Positions 9,775 through 20,500 of a stretch of DNA of 38,316 nt are shown piece after piece. Below the pieces are notes generated by a model. That model made no database searches. It was not told the origin of the DNA and worked only from the letters and a program-made list of their open reading frames with translations. The translations under genes were made by a program, and so were the position numbers. Source of the stretch: Pirellulales bacterium (GTDB lineage Bacteria > Planctomycetota > Planctomycetia > Pirellulales > UBA1268); assembly GCA_039831725.1 (NCBI GenBank), contig JBDOMQ010000406.1:1-38316 (forward strand). Reading direction: 5' to 3'. Numbering within the stretch: position 1 is the stretch's first letter; each line of letters opens with the position of its first letter.

Positions 9775-9881
9775 ATTCCGGGGATAAAATCGCTCTGGCC
9801 TCGTCTTCTCTCCACCGCTACCGTCCGACTTCTCGTCATCATCATGAATGCAGATGACACCGTCTCCCAAGTGGTGAATAC

Positions 9882-10826
9882 ATGCAGTTTGGAAAACTTG
9901 AAAGAAGAATTTTTCTCCTCGGATCGCTCGCGGCTTTTATCCTCCCTGCAAATACTCTATTTGCGGCAGGCTATAGAACAGCAAACTTTGTCGTTGAAGC
10001 CCCCACTCCACAGTTAGCACAGAAGATTGGTGATGCTGCCGAACAGTATCGCCACGACCTTGCCATAGAGTGGATTGGACAACCTCTTCCTCGGTGGAGT
10101 CAGCCATGTCCAATCACCGCAGAAGTAGCCCCAACACTTGGTGCAGGTGGTGCGACAAGCTTCGTATTCGATCGAGGTGAAGTCTTCAACTGGACCATGA
10201 CGATTCAAGGCAGTGAAGAACGGATTCTTGATTCTGTCCTCCCACATGAAGTCACTCATACAATTTTCGCAAGTCACTTCCGTCAACCACTACCACGATG
10301 GGCTGATGAGGGTGCCTGCACTACCGTAGAACATCCGGTAGAAAGAGCCCGACAACACAGACTACTCATCGAGTTCCTACGAACAGGTAGAGGGATTTCA
10401 TTTCCCGAAATGTTTGCCATGAAAGAATACCCGGCAGATGTACTTCCACTTTACTCGCAAGGCTACTCGCTTGCTCGCTACCTGATAGAGCGAGGTGGTA
10501 GAAAACGATACATTCATTTCGTAGGTGACGGTTTAGCAAGTAGCGATTGGCCTCAGTCCTTGAGTCAATATTATGGAATTGAAGATATTGGCAAACTGCA
10601 AACCGTTTGGCTGGAATGGGTGAAACGTGGCTGCCCTGCTCCACCAGCGTCTGTTGCTGCTGCGATTCCTCAAGTTCAAAACATCGCACGGACCGCTCGC
10701 GGACAAAGTCCTGATGGATCAAACGTGAACCAACCCACAAGAGATCGGATTTCCGCAACGGCAGCACGGCAATCGATTTATGTTCAGCGAGCTCAACGCA
10801 TTGAACGGAAAACTAATAGTAACTAG
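9882..10826 (+). CDS. secreted zinc metallopeptidase-like protein (peptidase MA, Peptidase_MA_2-like)
   Basis: 314 aa. It has a signal peptide (RRIFLLGSLAAFILPANTLFAAG) and an HExxH plus downstream Glu pattern (HEVTHTIFASHFRQPLPRWADEGA) typical of gluzincin MA-clan proteins. Confidence 0.6.
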   Translation: MQFGKLERRIFLLGSLAAFILPANTLFAAGYRTANFVVEAPTPQLAQKIGDAAEQYRHDLAIEWIGQPLPRWSQPCPITAEVAPTLGAGGATSFVFDRGEVFNWTMTIQGSEERILDSVLPHEVTHTIFASHFRQPLPRWADEGACTTVEHPVERARQHRLLIEFLRTGRGISFPEMFAMKEYPADVLPLYSQGYSLARYLIERGGRKRYIHFVGDGLASSDWPQSLSQYYGIEDIGKLQTVWLEWVKRGCPAPPASVAAAIPQVQNIARTARGQSPDGSNVNQPTRDRISATAARQSIYVQRAQRIERKTNSN

Positions 10827-11794
10827 CCACCAATAACTAGCACTGTCATGTGATAAAAAACCGGCGCTGCGAAACAGATCGAATCAATACGATCAAGCAC
10901 GCCACCATGACCGACCACAAGCGTTCCATAATCTTTCACGCCCCGGTCTCGCTTGATGGCTGACATTGTCATACCGCCTGCAAATCCCATGACTGCGACG
11001 ACCAGCCCAACGATCGCTGCCTGCCATGGCTGAAATGGTGGTGCCGCCCACCACAGCACTGCTGCAAGAAGCGCCGTACTTGTTGCACTGCCGAGCAGGC
11101 CTTCCCATGTTCGATTGGAACTGACTGCAGCAGCAACTAATCTCTGGCCCAACATTCTACTCCATACATACTGCATACAGTCCGCAAACTGGACGAGTAG
11201 AATCAAAAAGAACAGCAGCCGAAAGTTTGCATCACGACTCCCTAATTCAACTGCACGCTCAGTCGCTCCATCGACTTGAAGTTCGAGGAGAGCTGGTGCG
11301 AATGACAAGCAGTACACGCATACAACAAGACCCGCTTGAATTTTTGCTGTTCGCTCAAGAAATCGCTTGTAGTCACCAGCTACCGCTGCCCTGGCCAGAA
11401 CAAATAACGTCGCATAAACAGGGAGAAACACACTGTAGATGTCGTATCGGTTGAGCCCGACAAGCACATAGTGGAGGGGCGTGAAAAGAAAAAACACCCA
11501 GAACAGCGCTCTGTGATCACCCTTGCGAGTCGGGGTGAGCGTAATGAACTCTCGCAATGCCCAAAAAGAAACGAATCCGAACAGGGTGACGGTAGCAGTG
11601 GACCCAAGCCAGAAAGCAGCAGCCAAAACCGTACATAAAACCCACCATCCGCGAATTCGCATATTAAATGTCCGCACTGCAGCAGCATCAATACCCCGGT
11701 CCGGATGACGTTTAAGAAATTGCCCTACCCCTGTTACTACGGATAGTAAAAGGAGTACGCCCGCAACTAAGGCAATGGTACGAATATCATTCAC
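10823..11794 (-). CDS. cdsA: phosphatidate cytidylyltransferase (CDP-diglyceride synthase)
   Basis: 323 aa and polytopic. The C-terminal CdsA signature is SAIKRDRGVKDYGTLVVGHGGVLDRIDSICFAAPVFYH. GTG start. Its stop overlaps the stop of the convergent 9882..10826 gene (shared CTAG). Confidence 0.85.
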   Translation of the reverse strand: MNDIRTIALVAGVLLLLSVVTGVGQFLKRHPDRGIDAAAVRTFNMRIRGWWVLCTVLAAAFWLGSTATVTLFGFVSFWALREFITLTPTRKGDHRALFWVFFLFTPLHYVLVGLNRYDIYSVFLPVYATLFVLARAAVAGDYKRFLERTAKIQAGLVVCVYCLSFAPALLELQVDGATERAVELGSRDANFRLLFFLILLVQFADCMQYVWSRMLGQRLVAAAVSSNRTWEGLLGSATSTALLAAVLWWAAPPFQPWQAAIVGLVVAVMGFAGGMTMSAIKRDRGVKDYGTLVVGHGGVLDRIDSICFAAPVFYHMTVLVIGG

Positions 11795-11846
11795 TCAGGA
11801 AGCACCCTTTCTGGCATTGGCACCGTGTATCAGTACTGCCACTTTT

Positions 11847-12515
11847 CTATTCCTTCAAAGCTAAGACTGCCCTACGCGCTCGTGCTAGAAAGTCTAGCTT
11901 GGCTTCGTCTCGCTCTAACCAAAGCGGAGGACCAAAGCTAATGCAGGAAAGTAAGGGCACGGGTAAAAATTCTCCACGCGGCAGCACTCTATTAAGATTG
12001 TCGATATGAACAGGTATCAATTCGATTTCTGGACGTTTTTTCGCAAGATAATAGAGCCCACTTTTAAAATCACCAATCTCACCGGTTGTGCTTCGGCTAC
12101 CCTCAGGGAAAACAATAAGAGATCTCGTACTCCCCGCCTGACGCAACATAAGATCAACCGGACTCTGATGAACTTTAATATCTGTTCGATCAATCAGAAT
12201 TGCATTGAACACTTCTTCGGCCAGCCACCTCCTCAAAGCACCGCGAGACCAATAATCTTTAGCCGCTACCGGACGAGTTATTTCCCGAACTAATCGCGGC
12301 AACGACGCCCAGATTAGAAGCGCATCGAGATGGCTCGTATGATTGGCAAAGTATACCCTTTGGCATGTATCTGGCTGACTCGCGATCCAGCGAATACTTG
12401 CCCCCGCCAGCAGACGTGCCAAGCCGGCTAAACCGAGACCGGTTATTCTACATAATGTCGACCGGTTACCTGATTGGTCGAGCGATGGTGTTGGCATATC
12501 AGCAGGGGCAAGCAT
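11847..12515 (-). CDS. plsC: 1-acyl-sn-glycerol-3-phosphate (lysophospholipid) acyltransferase
   Basis: 222 aa. It has the acyltransferase block I NHTSHLDALL (HX4D) and block III FPEGSRS. Confidence 0.85.
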   Translation of the reverse strand: MLAPADMPTPSLDQSGNRSTLCRITGLGLAGLARLLAGASIRWIASQPDTCQRVYFANHTSHLDALLIWASLPRLVREITRPVAAKDYWSRGALRRWLAEEVFNAILIDRTDIKVHQSPVDLMLRQAGSTRSLIVFPEGSRSTTGEIGDFKSGLYYLAKKRPEIELIPVHIDNLNRVLPRGEFLPVPLLSCISFGPPLWLERDEAKLDFLARARRAVLALKE

Positions 12516-12557
12516 AAAGGGGTAGATGGAGTCGGGGGATGAGACAATGAAAAAGAG

Positions 12558-13232
12558 CTAAGGAAGAGAGACGAATGGGTTATGTTTTTTCTCGTGACCA
12601 ATTGTCGTTGGCTCACCATGACCAGGCAAAACAATTGCAGAATCTGGCAGATTGTAAAGCTTGTTTTGAATTCCTGTTGCAAGTGACGAGAAATCGCCAT
12701 CGGGAAAATCCGTTCGACCAACACCTTCACGAAACAATACATCACCGGCAAGCACAAGGATTGGATCAGTCGCAAACCAGAAAACAATATGGCCGACGGA
12801 ATGACCAGGAATCTCTGCAACAGTCGCGCAAAATGCGCCTACCCGTAAATCCTCATCCTCACACAAGAAGGTGTCTGCAGGGGGACTCTTTACATCAATG
12901 CCATATCCAGCTGAAAGATTTGCAACTGGATCGGTAAGTTTTGCAGCATCACCATGACCTATAAGAACAGGAGCCGAGGGCCATCGCTGCTTCATAGAAG
13001 AAACACCTGCAATATGATCTGAATGGCCGTGCGTCAGCACAATTGCTATTGGATCAAACTCGTGGTCGTCAATGACTTCGATGACAGCATCGGGCTCAAA
13101 GCCAGGGTCTACGATTAGACAGTCCGAAGACCCTGCCTGCGTGAGAACGTACGTGTTCTCGTAAAAGGGACGAGACACAATCCTGTACACCTCAAACGGC
13201 GATGCAGTAATTAATGGGTGGCGAGATTGCAT
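12558..13232 (-). CDS. MBL-fold metallo-hydrolase (glyoxalase II-like)
   Basis: 224 aa. It has the metal-binding motif LTHGHSDHIAG, then PGHSVGH and later GRTDFP..LPGHG. Confidence 0.85.
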   Translation of the reverse strand: MQSRHPLITASPFEVYRIVSRPFYENTYVLTQAGSSDCLIVDPGFEPDAVIEVIDDHEFDPIAIVLTHGHSDHIAGVSSMKQRWPSAPVLIGHGDAAKLTDPVANLSAGYGIDVKSPPADTFLCEDEDLRVGAFCATVAEIPGHSVGHIVFWFATDPILVLAGDVLFREGVGRTDFPDGDFSSLATGIQNKLYNLPDSAIVLPGHGEPTTIGHEKKHNPFVSLP

Positions 13233-13580
13233 GTAAAAGTAGCGACCAAGGAGAGAGTACGGTAAACAGCCGGACTAAATGATACGCGAAATCTTGAGAG
13301 TTCGATAAAAACGTCTCAAAACAGGTGTTTTTGCCATTTCCCACACCTCGACGGATCGCTAACTTCTCCTTGTAGGTTACGAATTGTATTTTTGCGGCTT
13401 GCAAGAGTTTGTTGGATCATTCTGTTTGTACGAATCAGCCATACAAAAGCGATCTCTCAAATGAAGTACATGCCCTCATTGCGATAACGTAAAAGGATTG
13501 GTAAATCATTATTTTGCCGCTCTTCAGCGGCAGGTCGGCATGAAAAGTTCACCGACCATTCCAGATAAGAGGAGCAAGCC
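13233..13580. promoter_or_regulatory. divergent intergenic region; must carry the promoters for the MBL-plsC-cdsA operon (leftward) and the DUF1571 gene (rightward)
   Basis: 348 nt non-coding gap between divergent start codons. I could not pin down -35/-10 boxes. Two short hairpins (GCCGC-6nt-GCGGC at 13516..13531; GGTCGG-13nt-CCGACC at 13533..13557) sit just upstream of the AAGAGGAG RBS at 13567..13574. Confidence 0.35.
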
Positions 13581-14516
13581 ATGAGCAGATCAGGGATGAC
13601 TGCGATCAAAGCAACCACAACAAAACATTTTTCCCTTAGCCATAAAACTCTTTGTGGCGTATGTGCATGGACGCTACTCTGCAGTGTTCTTCTGGGTGGC
13701 CTGAAGGCTCAAGAAACTCCAGGAAGCCAGGTAGGATTAATACCAAACGGAGACACGGCGCAAGGTAATATCAACGCCGGCGAGGCAGTATCCAATACCG
13801 GTCAAGGTGAGCACCCTCTGGAACCTGCTCTGGCTCTCGCTGCCAAAGGCCTTAATAACCTTCGGGCTAATATAAAAGACTACTCATGCACAGTTGTCAA
13901 AAGAGAGCGTATCGGGGGCGAACTTCAGCCGCATGAATACATGTTTGCAAAAATTCGACATGAGCCCTTTAGTGTTTATCTCTACTTCCTGGCTCCAGAA
14001 GCAGTAAAGGGACAAGAGGTCATTTATTCTGATGGCAAGAATGATGGGAACATGCTAGCCCATGCGGGTAGTGGGGTACGTGCAATGGTCGGCACGGTTT
14101 CTCTCAAACCACAGAGCATGCTCGCAATGCAGGGCAACCGATATCCAATTACAGAGATTGGTGTCGAGAACCTTGCAGAGCGACTTGTCGAGGTTGCTCA
14201 ACATGACAAGCAATTCGGCGAGTGTGATGTTAATTTTTTCCCTGAAGCAAAAGTAAATGGAAGGGTCTGCACCTGCATTCAGGTTGTCCATCCAGTACCT
14301 CGACGAAACTTCCGTTTTCACCTCGCTCGAGTCTACATGGATGACGAATATCTTATTCCCATTCGCTATGAAGCATATGACTGGCCTAAAGAGCAGGGAG
14401 GCCAACCGATCCTTATGGAAGAATACACCTACATGAATGTCAAAGTGAACAATGGCTTCACAGACGCCGACTTCGATCCCACCAACTCGGCTTATAAATT
14501 TAACTCAGGTGGTTGA
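13581..14516 (+). CDS. exported DUF1571-like protein (predicted LolA/lipoprotein-sorting-like fold)
   Basis: 311 aa. A strong RBS precedes the start. It has a signal peptide (LCGVCAWTLLCSVLLGGLKA/QE). The core LNNLRANIKDYSCTVVKRERIGGELQPHEYMFAKIRHEPFSVYLYFLAPEAVKGQEVIYSDGKNDGNMLAH matches my memory of DUF1571 (PF07608, first described from Rhodopirellula). The family and fold assignments are not verified. Confidence 0.55.
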   Translation: MSRSGMTAIKATTTKHFSLSHKTLCGVCAWTLLCSVLLGGLKAQETPGSQVGLIPNGDTAQGNINAGEAVSNTGQGEHPLEPALALAAKGLNNLRANIKDYSCTVVKRERIGGELQPHEYMFAKIRHEPFSVYLYFLAPEAVKGQEVIYSDGKNDGNMLAHAGSGVRAMVGTVSLKPQSMLAMQGNRYPITEIGVENLAERLVEVAQHDKQFGECDVNFFPEAKVNGRVCTCIQVVHPVPRRNFRFHLARVYMDDEYLIPIRYEAYDWPKEQGGQPILMEEYTYMNVKVNNGFTDADFDPTNSAYKFNSGG

Positions 14517-14526
14517 GAGTCAAAAG

Positions 14527-17500
14527 CTAGGGCCCAGGCCCTGCTCCTTTCTCCGATTCATAGTGTGTAATCGTTGATGACTCATTCACGCTGCCGACGA
14601 TTTGTGTTGATGACGAAACACTCACGCCGTGTCCTGCTCCATACTGCACAGTAGGCTGATCAACGGCCAAGGAGTTAAGATCAAGCCTCGTATACACTTG
14701 AATCAGTCGCCCAAGCCCCGCTCCTGCACTCAGAAGCAAAAGCATAAACCCAGGCCAGGCTGGTTCACGGTAAATAATCCAGCCAACAGCGAGAACGCAC
14801 GCAATAGCTGGCCACCACCGATTAGCGAGTGAGAGCATCTCGTCAGCAAATTTTACAATTCCCCAACATCCCCACACTCCAAGGACTAAAACTACAAGCG
14901 TTGCAACGGCACGTCCGGCCCTTGAAAGGGGCGGGGCGGCAAACCGAATCGTTACAGCTGCACGAGTTGTTTGTGGCTGTATAATCAGTTTTTTCCACCG
15001 ACTGCTTGTGAGAAATGTTGAACTGAATTGTCTTGCGGTCGAACCAACTCCAGACATTCCGGGTGCGCTGCTCACCCAATCTTCTAGTGGCGGAACACCG
15101 TATTGCTTTCGTCGACTCAGACGAAATTCGTTCAATCGTGTCCCTACCCCCTTGGGAAGTGCAGGCGAAATAGTGGCGATGAGTTCGTCAATTTCTGTTT
15201 GTACATTCATCCTTATTTCACGTGACTCATTCTCGTTCAGCACGTCTCCAAGCCCAGCAAACCGTATCACCCGGCTTCTGGGATGATTGATTGTCCACAA
15301 AACTTTCTCAACAGGCATGCCAACCACGCTAGGCAAAGCCAAAGACACTGGCTCCCCTTTCATTGTTGTGGTCTCGAATTCCCCAACGAACACAAAGACC
15401 AATTCGTGTGGCCAGGAATCTGCCCCTACGGGCACAGCCCAAACTTCCGACGAACTGTCACGACGGGGCCTCTGTGGCTGAATTTGCTGACCATCTAGCA
15501 ACATTTCATAAACACGAAATCCTGCTGGTACTCGAACCCGCACTTCAGAGGCCGTCCTTGGTAGTTCAATACAACAAACTCCTGAAATCCGACCACGCTC
15601 ATCGACAATCACTTCGATGTCAATGAGCGGCACAGCGAGAGAAGAATCAACTACGGCTATTGGCTCAACATCGGTATTAGTAAGTACCGATTCTGGACGT
15701 TCCACCAGTGCTTGTTGTGGCTTTATATCGCTCTGATATAGCCATATTGGATCGTCCGAAGGCAATTCAACACGCCACACATCACTCTGGTTTTTCTCTG
15801 AAAGTCGCATCGCAAGCAGACCACGACTACTCTCATCGAGAAGTTTTTCTTGAGCCATACCCAATTCTGAAACGTGCTGATCATCAAAAATCGTAATATT
15901 GTCTCGCTGACCAACATCTCTCCAGATCACTGAATAGGGGAAGCCAACGGCGGAAGCTGATTGCACGAGAGGCAAAACCCCTTTCCTCGGAAGACGAGCA
16001 TTGCTAGTTGCCTGAACCCGTAAAAGAAAAATTCCCGAACGGGGTTGCTGAAGAACTACCCTGTAAACGTTCTGCTTTTCTTTCAGCAAGAAAATGTCCA
16101 GTGGCCGTTCTTTCTGAGAACTGGTGCTCACTTTTTTGTTCTCGAATACTTGACAGGACTCAAGCCGATAACCGTCCGGAATACTGACACGATCCTTGAT
16201 CCAGGCTGTTTGACTTGAATCAATCGTAGCTTCAAAAACCAGGTGATTCTTATCGACACCCTCTACTATTTCTTCTATCTGCGTCCCACGTAAAGGCGTT
16301 TGCTCGCGATTTACCTCTACATATGCCGTCTGTCTCCGCAAGACAAAAGGCTGACGACTTACGTCGACCCCATCTCCAGAAAAGTCAGTGGAACTATCTT
16401 CAGAGAACGACTCGTTGACACTTTCTATGAGTTCGGTAACCCATTGCAAAGTCCCATCCCCAAGTTCATTTACCTGCGGAGGAGCTACTGCCTCAGGAAA
16501 CTGCACGTTGTATGAAATGCCTGGGTTACCAACCAATACTGACTCACGAGTATCCCGTCCAACTCCTCGGATCCACGCATACGGCAACTCATATTTGCCG
16601 ATATGATTTATCAATGGCATACGAAATACCATCTGAAACGTTATCTTCTCTCTGCTGGGCTCAGTACGATCGACTCTGTAGATACCTCGCCCTAATGACT
16701 GCACTTCAAATTCACCCGTTATGTGAGGTGCATCAACTTTTTCTTGTCCTTGATCGAGAACAAGGCGAGGGTCTGCCTGAATCCAGAATGTCGGCAGTAT
16801 TGCATCACCCCCATCTATCATGAATTCCGCCGTTAAGACGATGCCATTCGGTGTCCATGACATCTGATTTCTGCTTTCCGATTCAGGGACCCTTATTGTC
16901 AAAGTCTCTTTGCGATCCAAAGGTTGAATAACTCGTAGACGGTCGGCAGGAGGAACCCTGAAACTCTGCAGCCGTGAATCGAGAGACACTGTCTCTTGCG
17001 CTGGCTGAAAGATTCCCTGACCAGTCGACCATTCACACTGAAATCCTCTACGCTGCCCACGCGAATTAGCCATTTCGGCAGAAGGCATCATCGCGACCAC
17101 GGTCTGTGGAGACCTCGGAAGGCAAATCTCACAAGCCTCTACATCACCCCTTCGTGTTCTTACAGGCTCCAACGGAATAACAAGGCTATGCCTTCCTCCG
17201 GCTGGAAGTAATAGACGTGCCTGTTTACGATCAGCAGACAACGACGCACTTAACGACCCTCCATCAAGAAGAAACGGCTCATCACCAAAACGACCTCCTG
17301 CAGCTGACTGATCAAGCAAAAGCACGTCAGCTGAATCAGTTTGCACCAAGAGCTTTAAACGCCAAACTTCATCATCGTTCTGAGTAGCCGAACCAGGAGC
17401 CGATGGCAACTCAATTCTTGAGTTCAAAATGTGCACTCCAGAAGACTGGGATGCCCCTGTTCCAGCTAACACTCTGTAAAGTGGCTCCGGAACCAGAGCC

Positions 17501-20500
17501 GTTGTTTCTCCATCAACTGGGGTAAGAAACACCTGCACAGGCACCTCACTACCATAGGAACACACTCCTGAGGACATGCATACAAGAAACACAAAAGACA
17601 TCTGCTTCTTTGCACGCCCATATATCCAAATACGAAAACCAGCAGCAGCAAGAATTCCCCATAAGCTTGCACGAGCTATCAGATCAAACGGTGAAGGCAC
17701 CCACAACGCAGCTACTGAAGCAACCACAACACTGGCAACCAGCAACCATGCACTCCTCCAAAAAAAAGCTAATGACAACAACGTTGCAGCGGCAGCAACA
17801 CCAAGAGCTGACACAGCCAACAACCATCGATTAACCAGCAGAAAAAATCTTGGCTGGTATCGTCCACTCGTTGGAACAAACCATCGTGAGTTGAATGTAG
17901 ATGAAGCAGCGCGGAGGCTCGTCTTTGCGAACCACGACTCTCGTTGAGACAGTCCAGAAAGCCTTTCGACCCAGTCAGTATCCTGCTGAAAAATTTCTGT
18001 GTATCCGGACGGAACTTCAACCAGCCGTACATTCTTTGGGAGATCCAGCTGCATTTCCCGAGTAAGTGTTGGGGCATCAACCGCTGGCACAACAGAAGAC
18101 AACTTCCAAATCCCTTGAAAAAAATCAGCCACAACAGCTGTATGCACGGTTACAAAAACTCGTTGACGGCCACTTGGCAGATAGACAGGAAACTCTCGAA
18201 CGTTCGATGACTGCAGAGGTATGGATTCGCCCTGTACCTCTAACCCGATTAGGCGATGGCCCTCTGGCAAACTCACGGTAACACTTTGCCTACCATCATT
18301 TTCGATAATAAACGTTGTTTCATACTCCGCATTTGCAGATGCATAACATCGCACCCGCGAACTCTCTCTCCACACCCAAGCGCGGGCAACAGACTGAACG
18401 CTATCAGGAGCCGGTAGAATTTCTACAGAAGGCCCCGTTTGGGCTAAAGTCGATCCGTCGTACAGTAACTCGACAACTGACTGAATTGGCAATATTGACT
18501 GATCTGCCAAAGGTGGCAGTTGAACAAGACAATGATTGAGTACTGAGGGGCGGCTTCCGCGGGCAGCTTGAATACTGATACGACCCTGTGTCGCAACTGC
18601 TGATTCAACCCACACCAGAGGAAGAGCAGTCTGTTCTTTAAACTGTTGTTTTCCAGTTGCTCTCAGAGTGACCGCCCCTGTTACCGGAGGATTCAATTCG
18701 ACCAACCAGGACTCTTTCAAGGACCTTTCTGTGCTATCCGACTCTGCACCAACATTTGACTCGGTGGTATTGAGACGACGAGCAATAGTCGTTGTCTCAT
18801 TATCAGAAAGAATTGACCAATCAAGATTTCCAACCGGTTCTGAAAAGTGCACCGTGACGGCGTCAAGTTCGCCCTGAAATGCCTGACACAAAAAACTATA
18901 GGTTTCACTAAGTTGATCGCCACGAACTGTGAATTGCGACTGGGCAAAAACTTCAAGAGGGGGTCGTCTACGAAGAAACCGGAACACATTCGGAGTAGCA
19001 AGCCGACCTACAGGCACGCGTTGCCGCCAAACACCTTGTTCAGCAAGTAATGTTAAACGTGGTTCAAATAATACTTCATTCTCTGGCCCCTTAATCTTCA
19101 CTAGTGTGGTTTCTGGGCTCGTCCGTAAGTCGACCCAAGCCTGACCAGAAATTTCACCGACAAGCTGAATCATGTCGGCGTCTGTGGAGCGAATCTGTCC
19201 ACCCGCCGGCACACCACGACGATGGCCCGTTATCCTAATTCGTAGACGCTCTCCATCATGAATAGCTTGGGGAAAGTCGAGAATAAGCTGATCGTCGTTC
19301 TTGCCTCGCACTACTTTCCACTCATATCCCCCCACCACGTTACCGACATCACGCTGTACACGATCCGGAATGACTTGTTCTGCTGCATCGCCACGCTCGG
19401 CCACCGTGTCTTCAGCGATGAGTGGCTCAACTGAATCGATAAACCACTCCTTACCAATTCGCCCAACAATACTGTGTACGCTGCCACGACGGACATAAAT
19501 ATCACAGGCAGCACGTCCAATCAGTGAAGCAGAAGAGACATCAACTGTCGTTACTCGAGCAACATCAAAATCTGGTTGCCTCTTCATAACTGAAACGCCA
19601 CACGAACCATCTGCATCTTGTTGCTCAAACGCAAATCCTGATTCGCTGCGTTGGCTTGCGAAGCCGTCGAGTGAACCGGTACTGAAATTGGCTACCTTCG
19701 GCCATTCAACTGCTTTTTCAGGTGCAACTGCAAGACAGTTTCCCACCACCACATCGGAGACTTGAAGGGTATTTTCTACGTCTATGAAAAACCCACCGCC
19801 AACCCAAAGCTCTGCATCAATCGCCACACCAGGAAGTTGGAAACTCTCCTTCTCTTTGTGAATACTTGAGATGACACTTCGAAGCAGAATGCGTGCATTG
19901 GTTCCTATGAGGGTTGCCGGCAGCCGGAGACTAATCGTATCGTCCGATTCATGACGAACATCCACTGCATTAGATCTTCTCATTTGGTTTGGCCCGTCGC
20001 CATAAGCCTGAGCGCTCATGATTGTGACTTGTTTATCAATCTTGAGACGCACAGATCTCTCCGACCAAACTGTCTCGGGAAGAATAATTGAGCCAATCTC
20101 TACAGTTCTTTCTCCAATAGAGATGCTAGACCAAACCGAACAACGATTTGTACGACGAGGAGAAAGTGTCACATCAATCGACCGTCTCGGCCCAAATTTA
20201 TATCGCCAACGACAAAATTCATCAGAGGCCAATTCATTATCATCAACTGTATCGGTGATCGGCACGTTACCTACGACCATCGGCACAACAGTTTCTGGAA
20301 GATCGAGGACAAGTGTTGTCGACAGAGAGGGGACACGTGGGAATAAAAAGCTGGACTGGCCCACACTCGAAGAGAACCCCCGATTGAGTGAGCGTTCTGT
20401 ACGTACAGGTAGCACACGAAGATTGGCAAATAACCTACCCGCACCAGGTGCCTGAAAATCTATCGAGCCATCCGGCTTTCCGAACAAATTAACAGGCACA

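Noticed and set aside
14517-14526. The 10-nt convergent gap between the DUF1571 gene and the giant gene as a special regulatory arrangement
   Set aside because: Other convergent pairs in the window are equally tight (stop codons overlapping in CTAG at 10823..10826; 11-nt gap at 36774..36784). This is a genome-wide style, not a locus-specific feature.
14530-14541. GGGCCCAGGCCC palindrome at the 3' end of the giant gene as a bidirectional terminator
   Set aside because: It would give a 5-bp stem with only a 2-nt loop, which is sterically implausible. It lies inside the coding sequence (it encodes the terminal GPGP), and no U-tract follows.
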